The translations under genes were made by a program, and so were the position numbers. 64,000 nt of DNA from an uncultured Blastocatellia bacterium. GTDB lineage: Bacteria > Acidobacteriota > Blastocatellia > HR10. Of this stretch, positions 17,941 to 27,982 are shown piece by piece. Each line of letters opens with the position of its first letter. Position 1 is the stretch's first letter. Below the pieces are notes generated by a model. It saw only the letters and a list, made by a program, of their open reading frames with translations, was not told the origin of the DNA and did no database searches. Where the stretch lies: assembly GCA_937934295.1 (NCBI GenBank), contig CALHAI010000008.1, forward strand, positions 32,998 through 96,997. Reading direction: 5' to 3'.

Positions 17941-18864
17941 ATGGAGAAGTCGAGGGATCGGCTTGTTCGAGCAACGGCGTGCGATGGCATGGTCCGATGT
18001 GTCGCGGCGATCACGACGAATCTGGTGGATGAAGCGAGCCGCCGGCATCGCGTCTCACCAACAGTCTCGGCCGCTCTCGGGCGCACGCTGACGGCAGGCG
18101 TGCTCTTGGGGAGCTTGCTGAAGGATACGGAGAAGGTGACGATCCTCCTGCAGTGCACGGGCCCGATCGGCGGCATTACCGTCGAAGCTGATGCGCATGG
18201 AAACGTCCGTGGGTATGCGAGGAATCCGCAGGTGGATCTGCCGCTTACAGAGAGGAAGAAATTCGATGTTCGCGGCATCATCGGTGGCGGGATGCTTTAC
18301 GTCTTGCGCGAGGCCGATTATTATCGCACGGGCCTTTTCCGCGATCCCTATTGCGGTTCGGTCCCCATCGTCTCAGGGGAGATCGCCGAGGACGTCGCGT
18401 ACTATTTGACTCAGTCGGAGCAGGTTCCTTCGGCTGTCTCATTGGGCGTCTTCGTCCTCCCAGATGAGGAACGCTTCTTTCGCGTCGAGGCCGCCGGAGG
18501 ATTCCTCATCCAAACGTTCCCAGGCGTCGCGGACGACGTCCTGCGGAATCTCGAAGCTTCAGTACTGGCCGCCCCTTATATCACCGAGATGATCCGTCGG
18601 GGAATGGGGCCACGCGAGATCCTACAGACAGCGCTGGGCGACTATGCCTTCGAGATCCTCGAGGAGAAGGAGGTGCGCTTCGCCTGTACGTGTTCGTCCG
18701 AGCGGGCACGCCGTATCTTAGCGGCTCTGGATCCGGAGGAATTGCGCGCGATGCTCCGAGAGGACGGAGGAGCGGAAATGACCTGCCATTTCTGCAATGC
18801 GATGTATCGCTTCGACGTGACGGAACTGCGCGCATTGCTTCCTGAGGGCGAGGCGACGCACTAG
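17941..18864 (+). CDS. hslO: Hsp33 redox-regulated chaperone
   Basis: ALGRTLT, SGEIAEDVAYYLTQSEQVPS, AAGGFLIQ and the C-terminal zinc motif CTC...CHFC. Confidence 0.95.
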   Translation: MEKSRDRLVRATACDGMVRCVAAITTNLVDEASRRHRVSPTVSAALGRTLTAGVLLGSLLKDTEKVTILLQCTGPIGGITVEADAHGNVRGYARNPQVDLPLTERKKFDVRGIIGGGMLYVLREADYYRTGLFRDPYCGSVPIVSGEIAEDVAYYLTQSEQVPSAVSLGVFVLPDEERFFRVEAAGGFLIQTFPGVADDVLRNLEASVLAAPYITEMIRRGMGPREILQTALGDYAFEILEEKEVRFACTCSSERARRILAALDPEELRAMLREDGGAEMTCHFCNAMYRFDVTELRALLPEGEATH

Positions 18865-20138
18865 CTCAACCGTAACAGATCGCGCGCGGAAGCGGCCAAT
18901 CCCATGACGAAAGCGGCGATGAGGAGTCCCCCGATGGCCAAAGCCCAGGGAGCGCCGATCCACTCCGCGAGCGATCCCATCATGAGATTCCCGATCGGCA
19001 TCAAGCCCAGGAACGAAAGCGTGTAGAGGCTCATGACGCGGCCGCGCACGTGGCTGGACACGTGCGTCTGCAACAGCGTGTTGACGACGGCCGCGCTGCT
19101 CACCATCGCCCATCCGTCCATGAAGAGGAAAAAGAGCGAGAGCTCGAAGGTGCGCGAGAGCGCGAAGCCGAACGTCGAGAGGCCGAACGTGATCCCTCCG
19201 AGGACGGCGAGTGTCCCCTTGGATCGAAAATCTCCAAGGCGAGCGAGCACCACAGCTCCCAGGACAGCCCCCGATCCGCTGGCCGCCATCAGGTATCCAA
19301 GCCCCGTGGCTCCGCAGTGAAGGATGTCGCGGGCGAAAACCGGCAAGAGCGTGATGTAGGGAAGGCCGAAGAGGCTGATCGCGGCGACGATCGCGAGCAG
19401 GCGCAGAATCCGACCCTGCGCGCGGACGTAGGCTACGCCTTCGAGAAACCCCTCCCACAGGGAGTTCGTCCTCCGAGGACCGGATGCCTGCGGCAATCGA
19501 ATGCGCCGCAAGGCGAAGATGAGGGCCAGGAAACTCACGGCGTTGAGGTAGAAACACCCGGCTACTCCGATCGCGCCGACGGCGAATCCCGCAAGCGTCG
19601 GGCCAATCACCCGCGAGAGATTGAATTGGATGGAATTCAGCGCGATCGCGTTCATCAGATCCTCGGGCTCAACCAAATCGCGAACGATCGCTTGATATGT
19701 CGGCAAGGTCAGCGCCGTCATCACGCCGCTTAAGAGCGCAATGGTAACGATATGCCCGACTGTCACAATGCGCAGCTCCGTCAGCGTCCCCAAGCCCAAG
19801 GCCAGGAGCATCAATCCCGTTTGCGTCAGGAGCAAGAGCCGCCGCCGATCGAAGAGGTCGGCCACCACCCCACCAATGAGCGAGAAGGCGAGAACCGGAA
19901 GTGATCCGGCGAACCCCACGAACCCAAGCCAGAAGGGGGAATTCGAGAGTTGTAACACGAGCCATCCCTGCGCGACCGACTGCATCCACGTCCCGATGTT
20001 GGAGAGGAAGGAACCCGTCCAGAAGAGGCGATAGTTGCGATTTCGGAGAGCGCGAAAGATCCGTCCGGCCCCGCGTGCCCTCAGTGCGTCCGTTTCAATG
20101 GCCACTTCCGTTCGATCCACGATGATCTCCCGCCACAT
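18861..20138 (-). CDS. MFS transporter (12-TM, DHA3/EntS-like)
   Basis: ALRNRNYRLFW..SFLSNIGTWMQ, GGVVADLFDRRR motif A, RGRVMSLY. Exact start uncertain. Confidence 0.9.
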   Translation of the reverse strand: MWREIIVDRTEVAIETDALRARGAGRIFRALRNRNYRLFWTGSFLSNIGTWMQSVAQGWLVLQLSNSPFWLGFVGFAGSLPVLAFSLIGGVVADLFDRRRLLLLTQTGLMLLALGLGTLTELRIVTVGHIVTIALLSGVMTALTLPTYQAIVRDLVEPEDLMNAIALNSIQFNLSRVIGPTLAGFAVGAIGVAGCFYLNAVSFLALIFALRRIRLPQASGPRRTNSLWEGFLEGVAYVRAQGRILRLLAIVAAISLFGLPYITLLPVFARDILHCGATGLGYLMAASGSGAVLGAVVLARLGDFRSKGTLAVLGGITFGLSTFGFALSRTFELSLFFLFMDGWAMVSSAAVVNTLLQTHVSSHVRGRVMSLYTLSFLGLMPIGNLMMGSLAEWIGAPWALAIGGLLIAAFVMGLAASARDLLRLS

Positions 20139-20223
20139 TGGGAATGTAGGGGGTATTCCCCTCCTCCGTCAAGCACGACGCCCCCCGCGTTCTTCACGCA
20201 GAAGGGCTTTATGGAAATTTTAC

Positions 20224-20252
20224 TTGCGCCAGCATCCGGATCGGCTTAAAAT
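20224..20252 (+). promoter_or_regulatory. sigma70-type promoter for the second TonB-dependent receptor
   Basis: TTGCGC (20224-29), N17, TAAAAT (20247-52). Confidence 0.6.
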
Positions 20253-20259
20253 TCCCCTG

Positions 20260-20351
20260 CTTGAGATGGGCATGATGGACGAGGATTGCGAGACGCTCAC
20301 CATTGGCCCTTATCCTGCCACAAGGAGAACATCCTGTGGCGAAATCTCGAG
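20260..20351 (+). ncRNA. Candidate structured 5' leader (three-way junction), unassigned
   Basis: P1 20260-67/20344-51, P2 20268-78/20300-09, P3 20317-26/20332-40. The SD TAAGGAGG begins 2 nt after P1. I do not recognise it as a known riboswitch. Confidence 0.35.
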
Positions 20352-20370
20352 CTAAGGAGGAAGCGTGACT

Positions 20371-23300
20371 ATGAACCTCATGAGACGTGTCGTCCGGCAT
20401 TGGACAAGCCTCGCAGGGGTCTTCGTCTCGATCGGCTTCACGGTGATCTCGGCGTGGGCTCAAACACAGGCCAGCACGGGACAGATCGTCGGCCTGGTTC
20501 TGGACCCTCAAGGAGCGGTGGTGCCAAATGCGAAGGTCACGATCGTGGAGACGACGACCGGATTTCGACGCGAGGTCTTCACGAATGAGGCCGGTCAATA
20601 TCGAGCCGTATTGCTGCCGGCCGGACGCTACAGCGTGACGGTGGAGGCCTCGGGCTTTCAGACGGAGACGCGGACGGGCATCGAAGTCAATGTCGGTCGC
20701 GCCGTAGATGTAAACTTCATGCTCAAGGTGGGAGCTCTCGCGGAAATCGTCGAGGTCACAGCGAGCCTCGGTGTGGACACGACGCGATCGGAATCCGGTG
20801 CTCTCGTCACAACCCTGGCGATTCGTAATCTGCCGATCAACGGCCGTCGGTTTCATGACTTCATCCAACTCACGCCGGCCGTTCAAGTCGAACCGCAACG
20901 CAACCAGCTCTCGTTCGCCGGTCAACGCGGCATCAACAGCAACATCTCCATTGATGGCGCCGACTATAACGAACCGTTCTTCGGAGGGATTCGCGGTGGC
21001 GAACGCTCCAACAACGCCTTCACGATCCCGCAAGAGTCCGTTGCGGAATTCCAGGTAGTGACGACGAACTACGCGGCGGAGTTCGGTCGCTCGACCGGAG
21101 GTCTCGTGAACGCGGTCACAAAAACGGGGACGAACGAGCTGCATGGGAGCGCATTCTATTTGCTCCGCCACAAGGAGCTGACGGTTGAAGATGCCTTCGG
21201 TCAGCTCTCGTTGGCGACCCAGCAGCAGTTCGGCGGCTCGATCGGAGGACCCATTAAGCGTGATCAGCTCTTCTTCTTCGGCGCGATCGAGGATCAACAG
21301 TTCTCAACGCCTCGCCAAGTCTTTTTCCCCAGACTCCTCGGCGTCGCGCGAACGCCTCAGAATCAGGAAGCGTACGACTTTTACAAATCCTTGGAGGTCC
21401 CCTTCACGCAGACGAACGACGCCATCGCCTTCTTGGTCCGAACGGATGCCCAATTCGGAGCCAATCACCGACTCGCCGTGCGGTATAACTTCAGCGACAA
21501 CAACGCGGAGAATGCGAACGCGACCGGCGAACAGCTCAGTCCGTTCACGAACCGCGCGCTCAGCAACAATGGGACGGAGAAAGATCGAACGAGCACGGTT
21601 GTGGGACAGTGGAGCTCCGTCCTGACCCCCCGCCTGCTCAACGAGTTGCGCGCGCAGTATTCGTGGGAGAAGCGCCCGCGCACGGCCAATACGCTCGCGC
21701 CGAACGTGAACACCTTCATCGGATCGTTCGGCACCCGTAACTTCTTGCCGACGACGTTGACGGATTGGCGTGTCCAGATCGCCGAGGCCATGACGTGGAA
21801 CGTGGGGGCGCACAGCGTGAAGCTCGGATTCGAATGGAACCATGTCTTCGTGAACCAGCTCTTCGGCTTCAACCAAACGGGGACGTTCAATCTCGCAGGG
21901 ACGAATGCCGACGCGCATTTGCGCATCCTCTCGCTCACGCCCGGTGACCCGAATGATCACCGCTTCGATGACCCGAGCGTCACCTATGTTCGACAGATCG
22001 GGAACCTGCTTCTGGAAATGCGGAGTAATGAGCTGGCCTTCTTCGGCCAGGACAGCTGGCGCATGCGGCGGAATATCACGCTCTACTATGGACTCCGCTA
22101 TGAGGGTCAGTTCAATCCTGAGCCGGAAGTGAATAACACGGCCCTCTACAATTTGGTGAAGAACTTCCGCTTCCCGCTCGGCCAGGTGGATCCGGCGCGC
22201 ATCCCGGATAACACTGATCAAATCATGCCCAGGATGGGGATCGCGTGGGATCCCTTCGGACGGGCGCGCACGGTCGTGCGGGCGAACTTCGGGATCTACT
22301 ACGCGCGCACGCCCCTGCTCTTGATGGCCGCACCGATGAACAACTTCCGCCTGCCACCGGGTGACCTCTCGATCCAGCTCCCGTTGCGAGTTCCGACGGG
22401 GAATCCAAACACGACGGTCTATCGGCAGCTGCTCGCCATCGGCATTGATCTCGATAAGTTCACGCTGGACAAACTGCCAATCATCTCCGCGCAAGATGTT
22501 CAGCGCATCGCCGCGGCCCTGGGCATCCCCGCTCCTGATCCCTTCACCGGCGCGAACTTGATCACGTGGGCCGACAATTACCGAAATCCGCGTGCCGTAC
22601 AGTGGAGCGGAGGGATCGAGCATGAGCTCTTCAATGGCTTCACGACCGGTCTCGATTTCCGCTACGTCAACACGGTGAATCTGCAACGCACGCGCGATTA
22701 CAACCTGCCACTTCCCATCATCCGAGCCAACGATCTCAGCCGACGTCCTTTCTTCGGCTTGCGCTCGCGCGTCCAATCCCGACCGATCCCGACGCTCGGT
22801 GCTGTGTGGGTGCGCGAATCCTCAGCCCACTCCCTCTATCGAGGGTTCACCTTCAGCGCGAATCTGCGACGCTCGCGCGTTCAGTTCAATGCGTTCTACA
22901 CCCTCTCGTGGAACTACTCCGATGACGATAATGAGCGCAGCGCGACGGGCCAGGAAGACACCGTCAATGTCTACGATCTGCGACCGGAATTCCACTTCGC
23001 GCGGCTCGACGCCCGCCACCTCTTCGCGTTCAATGCGGTTGTGAGCTTACCCCTCGGGTTGGAGGCTTCCAGTATTATCCAGATGCGATCGGGGCGACCG
23101 CTGAATCCCTTGACGGGCGGAGATACGAATGAAGACTTCGCCAATAATGACCGTCCAATGGCGGCTCCCGGCGTGCTCATGAAGCGAAATTCGTTCCGGG
23201 ATCGGGCCGTGCGCGTCGTGGATCTGCGCATCTTGAAGGGCTTCAATCTCTGGAACGAGACCTCGAAGCTGCAGCTCTCGGTGGAGTTCTTCAATCTCTT

Positions 23301-23490
23301 CAACTTCGACAATATCACCTTCGGTGGATCGAGCCGCATCTACGGGTTGGGGATCGATCCGGCGACCGGCAATCCCGCTCCGGTGGATCCGCGCTTCCGG
23401 CAGCTTCGGCTTCCTGACGGACGCCTGAATCAGGACAATCTCCCCGGCACGCCCTTCCAAGCTCAAGTCGGCGTGCGCTTGATCTTCTGA
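20371..23490 (+). CDS. TonB-dependent receptor, Oar-like
   Basis: RBS AAGGAGG, signal peptide ending AWA-Q, GLVLDPQGAVVP, NLPINGRRF, FQVVTTNYAAEFGRSTGG, C-terminal VRLIF. Confidence 0.93.
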   Translation: MNLMRRVVRHWTSLAGVFVSIGFTVISAWAQTQASTGQIVGLVLDPQGAVVPNAKVTIVETTTGFRREVFTNEAGQYRAVLLPAGRYSVTVEASGFQTETRTGIEVNVGRAVDVNFMLKVGALAEIVEVTASLGVDTTRSESGALVTTLAIRNLPINGRRFHDFIQLTPAVQVEPQRNQLSFAGQRGINSNISIDGADYNEPFFGGIRGGERSNNAFTIPQESVAEFQVVTTNYAAEFGRSTGGLVNAVTKTGTNELHGSAFYLLRHKELTVEDAFGQLSLATQQQFGGSIGGPIKRDQLFFFGAIEDQQFSTPRQVFFPRLLGVARTPQNQEAYDFYKSLEVPFTQTNDAIAFLVRTDAQFGANHRLAVRYNFSDNNAENANATGEQLSPFTNRALSNNGTEKDRTSTVVGQWSSVLTPRLLNELRAQYSWEKRPRTANTLAPNVNTFIGSFGTRNFLPTTLTDWRVQIAEAMTWNVGAHSVKLGFEWNHVFVNQLFGFNQTGTFNLAGTNADAHLRILSLTPGDPNDHRFDDPSVTYVRQIGNLLLEMRSNELAFFGQDSWRMRRNITLYYGLRYEGQFNPEPEVNNTALYNLVKNFRFPLGQVDPARIPDNTDQIMPRMGIAWDPFGRARTVVRANFGIYYARTPLLLMAAPMNNFRLPPGDLSIQLPLRVPTGNPNTTVYRQLLAIGIDLDKFTLDKLPIISAQDVQRIAAALGIPAPDPFTGANLITWADNYRNPRAVQWSGGIEHELFNGFTTGLDFRYVNTVNLQRTRDYNLPLPIIRANDLSRRPFFGLRSRVQSRPIPTLGAVWVRESSAHSLYRGFTFSANLRRSRVQFNAFYTLSWNYSDDDNERSATGQEDTVNVYDLRPEFHFARLDARHLFAFNAVVSLPLGLEASSIIQMRSGRPLNPLTGGDTNEDFANNDRPMAAPGVLMKRNSFRDRAVRVVDLRILKGFNLWNETSKLQLSVEFFNLFNFDNITFGGSSRIYGLGIDPATGNPAPVDPRFRQLRLPDGRLNQDNLPGTPFQAQVGVRLIF

Positions 23491-23498
23491 GGGATTCG

Positions 23499-23533
23499 AA
23501 GAGGCGCTGGCTCTGTGGGAGTCAGCGCCTCTT
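23499..23533 (+). terminator. Probable intrinsic terminator
   Basis: AAGAGGCGCTGGCTC-TGTGG-GAGTCAGCGCCTCTT, a 15-bp stem with one G-U pair, 9 nt after the stop and followed by T. Confidence 0.65.
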
Positions 23534-23753
23534 TGGAGGAGCCGGTCCGCGCCCTAGCTGAAGCGCAGCAACCGCACTGAGGAACAGACTGGGACTCTCG
23601 CGGAAGCTCAGCGATATACGAACGAACGGCTCAAAGCGCTCACTGAGCGAAAAGGCATGATCTCGAGCGATGAACGCAAAGATATTCTCATAAGTGGCGT
23701 CGTCCCTAATCGCGCATGGGGAAGAAGAGCATCAGCGCGCCTCCCATTCGCCT

Positions 23754-24947
23754 TCACCGAGAGGGCCAGCTCGCCTCCCTCTTCACAACCTGATATGCGC
23801 GCAGGATGTCCAACGTCCGCTCCAAAGGAAGCGCTTCAACGACGCGCCCCCCTCGTCCGCGCATCGTCGTCGCTCGAAAGAGCGAGTTATAGATGGCTTC
23901 CTCGGTCGCCTCGATGACGGCGAGAAAGAGCGGCGAGAGCGCCTCATCGCTGAGGACCGTGAGCGTTCGCTCTCGTCCAGCTCCAACTTTGATCCGAACG
24001 GACGCCGCCGTGCTGAAGGCGATCACATAGTCGCCGCTGCCGTGCGTCATGACCGATCCCGTCCGCGCCAGTCCGAACAAGGCGCGCATGGCGAGCCGCC
24101 GGAGCCCTCGCGCATCAAGTGGTGCGTCCGTCGCCACGACGATGATGACGGATCCTCCTATGGACCCCTCATCATGGGTGCGCCTCTCCAACTCCTCGCG
24201 GAGATAATACCGCCCTAATTCCCGACCCACCGGCGCCCCATTGATCGTCAAGATGCCTCCGAAATTCGTTTGAACGAGGACGCCGACCGTGTACCCCCCT
24301 AAGTCGGGGGGAAGCACGCGCGAGGCCGTTCCGATCCCCCCTTTGAACCCGAACGCCACCGTGCCCGTCCCAGCCCCCACGCATCCTTCCTCGACCGGTC
24401 CCTCTCGAGCGCTCCGCACAGCCGCTAAGACGTCCTCTTTCGAGACGTGACGACCGCGAATGTCGTTCAAGAGCCCATCGTTCGTCTCCGCCACAATGGG
24501 ATTCACCGATCGCACATCTTCATTCCCCGGCATGGAGAGCACATAATCCAGCAGCGCATCGGCCGCACGCGGCACGCTCAACGTATTCGTCAGGACGATC
24601 GGCGTCTCGATCTCCCCCAGTTCAGCGACCTGCGTCGACCCCATCAACTTTCCGAATCCGTTGCCGACGACGATGGCCGCCGGGACCCGCTCACGGAAGA
24701 TGTCCCCCCCATGCGGGAGAATAGCCGTCACTCCCGTGCGAACGTCGTCCCCACGAATGAGCGTCACGTGACCGACGCGGACACCTCTCACATCGGTGAT
24801 GGCGTTCCACCGTCCAGGCGGAAGCACACCGACTACGATTCCGACCTCTCGCGCTCGCGGTCGTGATTCCTGTGGCGTTGTCCTCTCCCCACCGTTAACG
24901 GAAGCCCCACCCAAGAGCATCGCGCTGATAATGACGAAGAGCCCCAT
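23754..24947 (-). CDS. DmpA-family (S58/P1) aminopeptidase with N-terminal signal peptide
   Basis: NAITDVRGVRVGH, GNGFGK, ETNDGLLND, GAGTG, GGS autocleavage site followed by VIIVVATDAPL, GSGDY. Hydrophobic N-terminus. Confidence 0.9.
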   Translation of the reverse strand: MGLFVIISAMLLGGASVNGGERTTPQESRPRAREVGIVVGVLPPGRWNAITDVRGVRVGHVTLIRGDDVRTGVTAILPHGGDIFRERVPAAIVVGNGFGKLMGSTQVAELGEIETPIVLTNTLSVPRAADALLDYVLSMPGNEDVRSVNPIVAETNDGLLNDIRGRHVSKEDVLAAVRSAREGPVEEGCVGAGTGTVAFGFKGGIGTASRVLPPDLGGYTVGVLVQTNFGGILTINGAPVGRELGRYYLREELERRTHDEGSIGGSVIIVVATDAPLDARGLRRLAMRALFGLARTGSVMTHGSGDYVIAFSTAASVRIKVGAGRERTLTVLSDEALSPLFLAVIEATEEAIYNSLFRATTMRGRGGRVVEALPLERTLDILRAYQVVKREASWPSR

Positions 24948-24974
24948 CGCTCTCCCCTCCTTCGCGTCGAACGC

Positions 24975-27389
24975 TCAAAACGGCGAATATGGCTCGAAGA
25001 ACCGGCGCCCAGCCGCCGTATGAGAACCGAAGCTTCCGATCCCATTCAAGGCGAGGGCGACGGCGAAGCGATTCTCGCTCCGCACGCCCACTTTGAAGGT
25101 CGTGTTTTGAAAGAAGAGCTGGCAACAGTTGAATCCATACCCGATCCGTACCGAGGAAGAGATCAGACGTCCGGGCAAGGGGCGATCGCTCACGCTCCTG
25201 TCCGTGAAATCGTAGAGCACGTCCGCGCCCACGAAGAGCCCGCGCGTCACCCTCCCCACGGTGAAGGAGGCGTGGTAGAGATTCCCCGAAAACGTCCCAA
25301 GCTCCAATCGGCCATCAGGAAGCGTGAGGCGTTTCGTCCAATACCACGTGTGGGCGAAAGCGAAGGTCTCTCGCTTGATCCCCGCCGTCATGCCGAACGC
25401 GCGGATCGTCTTCTCCGCAGGATCGTACTCGAAGCGCACGTCGGCGAAGAGCGAAGCGAGCGATTGCGCGCGCGCGCTCACGCGGATCGGAGAGAAGCGA
25501 CGCGCACGGCCCCCAAAGGCGAATCCGGAGAGCGTGTAGATCGGGAGGAATTGATTCCGCCGATCGGGTTGCAACGCTCCGCCAAATCGAGGATCAAAAA
25601 AATATTTCTGCACGATGCGGATGGAGAGCCACTCAGCGCCCTCCTCGGACTCCCACGATGTATCCGATCGCTCATGTCCGAGAGGCTGTTCGGCGGAGGA
25701 ATAATCCCCGTGCGCTCTATCGCGAGTCCTCAAAAAGCGATGGATCACCGCATACTCCACCTCATGGGTGTCGGCGATCGTATCGCGTTCGTCCACGCGA
25801 ATCGCCCGGAGGGCGTCGGCCCCGATCCCCACGATGCGCCGATACGTGATCGTGGACTCGATGAGATGTCGGAACCAAGGACGTCCATCGCGATGATGGA
25901 AGATCCGCTCCAGCGTCGGCAACTCGATATTCACGTTCGCATCCGCATAACGGCGCATCCAGCTTTGCCCTCGAATGCGCGTCCGATCGTGAGGATCGGC
26001 GCTCTCGGCATAAAACGTCGCGCGCAACGCGAGTTCGGGCGTCAGCGTCACCCCACCCAGCGAGAAGACGGGGAGCGTGAACCGAGGATACACATCGAAT
26101 CGCTGTACGAGAGAGGGCGTTCGAAACGTCGGCTCCTTGCGGGCGATCCCCTCGACAGCCGCATCGAAGGAGAAATAAACGGGGGCTTTCGCGGAGAGCT
26201 GCCGCGGGCGCCCGGAGAACACAAACGAAGGGAGTTGGCGCAACGTGACGAGGGTCGTCGGGAGGATGACATCGCGTGAGACAAGGAGCATGTTGAAACT
26301 ATAATCGCCGAAGTTATTTGAGAGCGAGATCTGGATGCGCTCCTCCGGAGAGATGGCCTGTTGGAAGTTATCCGAGAAGACCTGCCGAAAGGCGAAACTG
26401 CTGGTGAGGCTCACATCAGCTGTGCCGACGAATCCCATCGGGAAGTGCTGCACCGCTCGCAAGTAATAGGCACTCCCCCCCTGATTCGGACCGGGAGGGC
26501 CGAAGAGCCGATCCTGCACGAGGAAGAATCCGGTCTCCAACGAGGAATCCTCGCGCGTCCGCCATCGGAGGTCGGCCCCGTAGCCCAATCCTCGCGCGCT
26601 GAAGATATGGACGCGCGGGGTGATGTCCGCGCTGCGGCCGAGAGTCTGGTAATACGGGATCGTGAGGGAAAGCCCCTTGACGCTGGAGTTGCTGAACCCA
26701 GGCAGAAGGAGACCCGAATTCCGCACGCGCTTGCTGATAGGGACCGAAGCGTACGGCAAGACGAGCAGCGGGACGCCCTTCACCCGAAAGGTGGGCCAGA
26801 GGAGCGATACCCGCTCGTTCACGCGCAACGTCATCCGGCGCGTGGCGAAACTCCATTTCGGCACGCGTTCCTCGCAAGAAGTGACGCGACCACGCGAGAT
26901 GACGAACGTGTTCGGCGCGATCCGATCTATCCGCGCCGCTTCGATATAGAGCCTCGTCCCATCCGGCGTCCGATCGGTGAATCCTCGAACGTCCCATACC
27001 GTTCCCTGTCCCGTGTTGAAATTGAACCAGGCCCGACGCCCGGTGAAGCGCTGTCCCTCAGCGAGGAGAACGACGCTTCCGATGGCTTCGGCGTCTTCAG
27101 TCGCTTCGTTGTACACCACGCGATCGGCCTGGAGATGAATCGTCCCGTACCGGATCTCCACGCCGCCCTCATAGGTGACGCGCGCTCCCTCACGCGATAA
27201 CCGATCGGCTTCGATCTCGATCCGGAGCTCTTGAAGCGGGCGGGCGCAACGAACGCGAGCAGGAATATGAGGGAGGGTTCTTCCCCAAAGAGGAGGCGCA
27301 CTCTCGCGCGGAGCCGAGAGACCGTATGTCGAAGAGTCCCCCCCTGCTATGAGACCGAGGATCCCGATGCCAAATGCAATGGCTCTCAT
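24975..27389 (-). CDS. lptD: LPS-assembly protein LptD
   Basis: Signal peptide, OstA-like beta-jellyroll (IEADRL...LQADRVVYN), TSCEERVPKW, RNSGLLLP, beta-barrel with GFNCC near the C-terminus. Confidence 0.85.
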   Translation of the reverse strand: MRAIAFGIGILGLIAGGDSSTYGLSAPRESAPPLWGRTLPHIPARVRCARPLQELRIEIEADRLSREGARVTYEGGVEIRYGTIHLQADRVVYNEATEDAEAIGSVVLLAEGQRFTGRRAWFNFNTGQGTVWDVRGFTDRTPDGTRLYIEAARIDRIAPNTFVISRGRVTSCEERVPKWSFATRRMTLRVNERVSLLWPTFRVKGVPLLVLPYASVPISKRVRNSGLLLPGFSNSSVKGLSLTIPYYQTLGRSADITPRVHIFSARGLGYGADLRWRTREDSSLETGFFLVQDRLFGPPGPNQGGSAYYLRAVQHFPMGFVGTADVSLTSSFAFRQVFSDNFQQAISPEERIQISLSNNFGDYSFNMLLVSRDVILPTTLVTLRQLPSFVFSGRPRQLSAKAPVYFSFDAAVEGIARKEPTFRTPSLVQRFDVYPRFTLPVFSLGGVTLTPELALRATFYAESADPHDRTRIRGQSWMRRYADANVNIELPTLERIFHHRDGRPWFRHLIESTITYRRIVGIGADALRAIRVDERDTIADTHEVEYAVIHRFLRTRDRAHGDYSSAEQPLGHERSDTSWESEEGAEWLSIRIVQKYFFDPRFGGALQPDRRNQFLPIYTLSGFAFGGRARRFSPIRVSARAQSLASLFADVRFEYDPAEKTIRAFGMTAGIKRETFAFAHTWYWTKRLTLPDGRLELGTFSGNLYHASFTVGRVTRGLFVGADVLYDFTDRSVSDRPLPGRLISSSVRIGYGFNCCQLFFQNTTFKVGVRSENRFAVALALNGIGSFGSHTAAGRRFFEPYSPF

Positions 27390-27411
27390 CAGAGGAGCGA
27401 ATGAGCAGCGG

Positions 27412-27939
27412 TCATACCGGATCCTCCGCCAGCGAGAGGCATCGCCGTTCGATCACCACACGCGCCTGATATTCGATGGCCTCCAAGAGCAAGATCACGC
27501 GTTCGCGATCATCTAACTCGCGCTCGAAAATCCCCGTCAGCCCACGCAGTGGTCCTTCGCGAACGAGAACGCGATCGCCGGGTTGAGGTGATCGGTCCTC
27601 CAAACGGACATACCCATCCGGTCCGATGCGCGATCGGATCTCCTGAACGATCGCTTCGTCCACCGGAAGGGGAGTGTCGCCACAACTGACGACGCGCAAG
27701 ACCCCGCGAGCATATCGGATGAGATGGAGATGGGCGGCCGGACGAAACCGCGCGAAGAGGTACCCTGGGAAGAGCGGCTTGATCACGTCACGAGGAACGC
27801 CACAGATCAGGCGCTCCTGCTTGATCTTCGGAAGGAAGACCTCCAGATCGAGGCGCGCGATGTTCAGGGCAGCCGCGTCTTCTCGATGAGGTTTCGTGTG
27901 AACGGCGAACCAATGTATCTCCCGATAGAAATCCGCCAT
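27412..27939 (-). CDS. RfaH-like NusG paralogue (transcription antitermination factor)
   Basis: NGN domain WFAVHTKP..E, PLFPGYLF, IRYARGV; KOW domain GDRVLVREGPLRGLTGIF. Confidence 0.88.
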   Translation of the reverse strand: MADFYREIHWFAVHTKPHREDAAALNIARLDLEVFLPKIKQERLICGVPRDVIKPLFPGYLFARFRPAAHLHLIRYARGVLRVVSCGDTPLPVDEAIVQEIRSRIGPDGYVRLEDRSPQPGDRVLVREGPLRGLTGIFERELDDRERVILLLEAIEYQARVVIERRCLSLAEDPV

Positions 27940-27982
27940 ATCGCTCCCCTCGCTCGCGTGATTCCCTCCGGTCAGCCCGTCA

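Noticed and set aside
23540-23750. sRNA or gene remnant in the 210-bp gap between the second receptor and dmpA
   Set aside because: No recognisable RNA-family motif. One minus-strand frame is open for about 60 codons but has no start codon.
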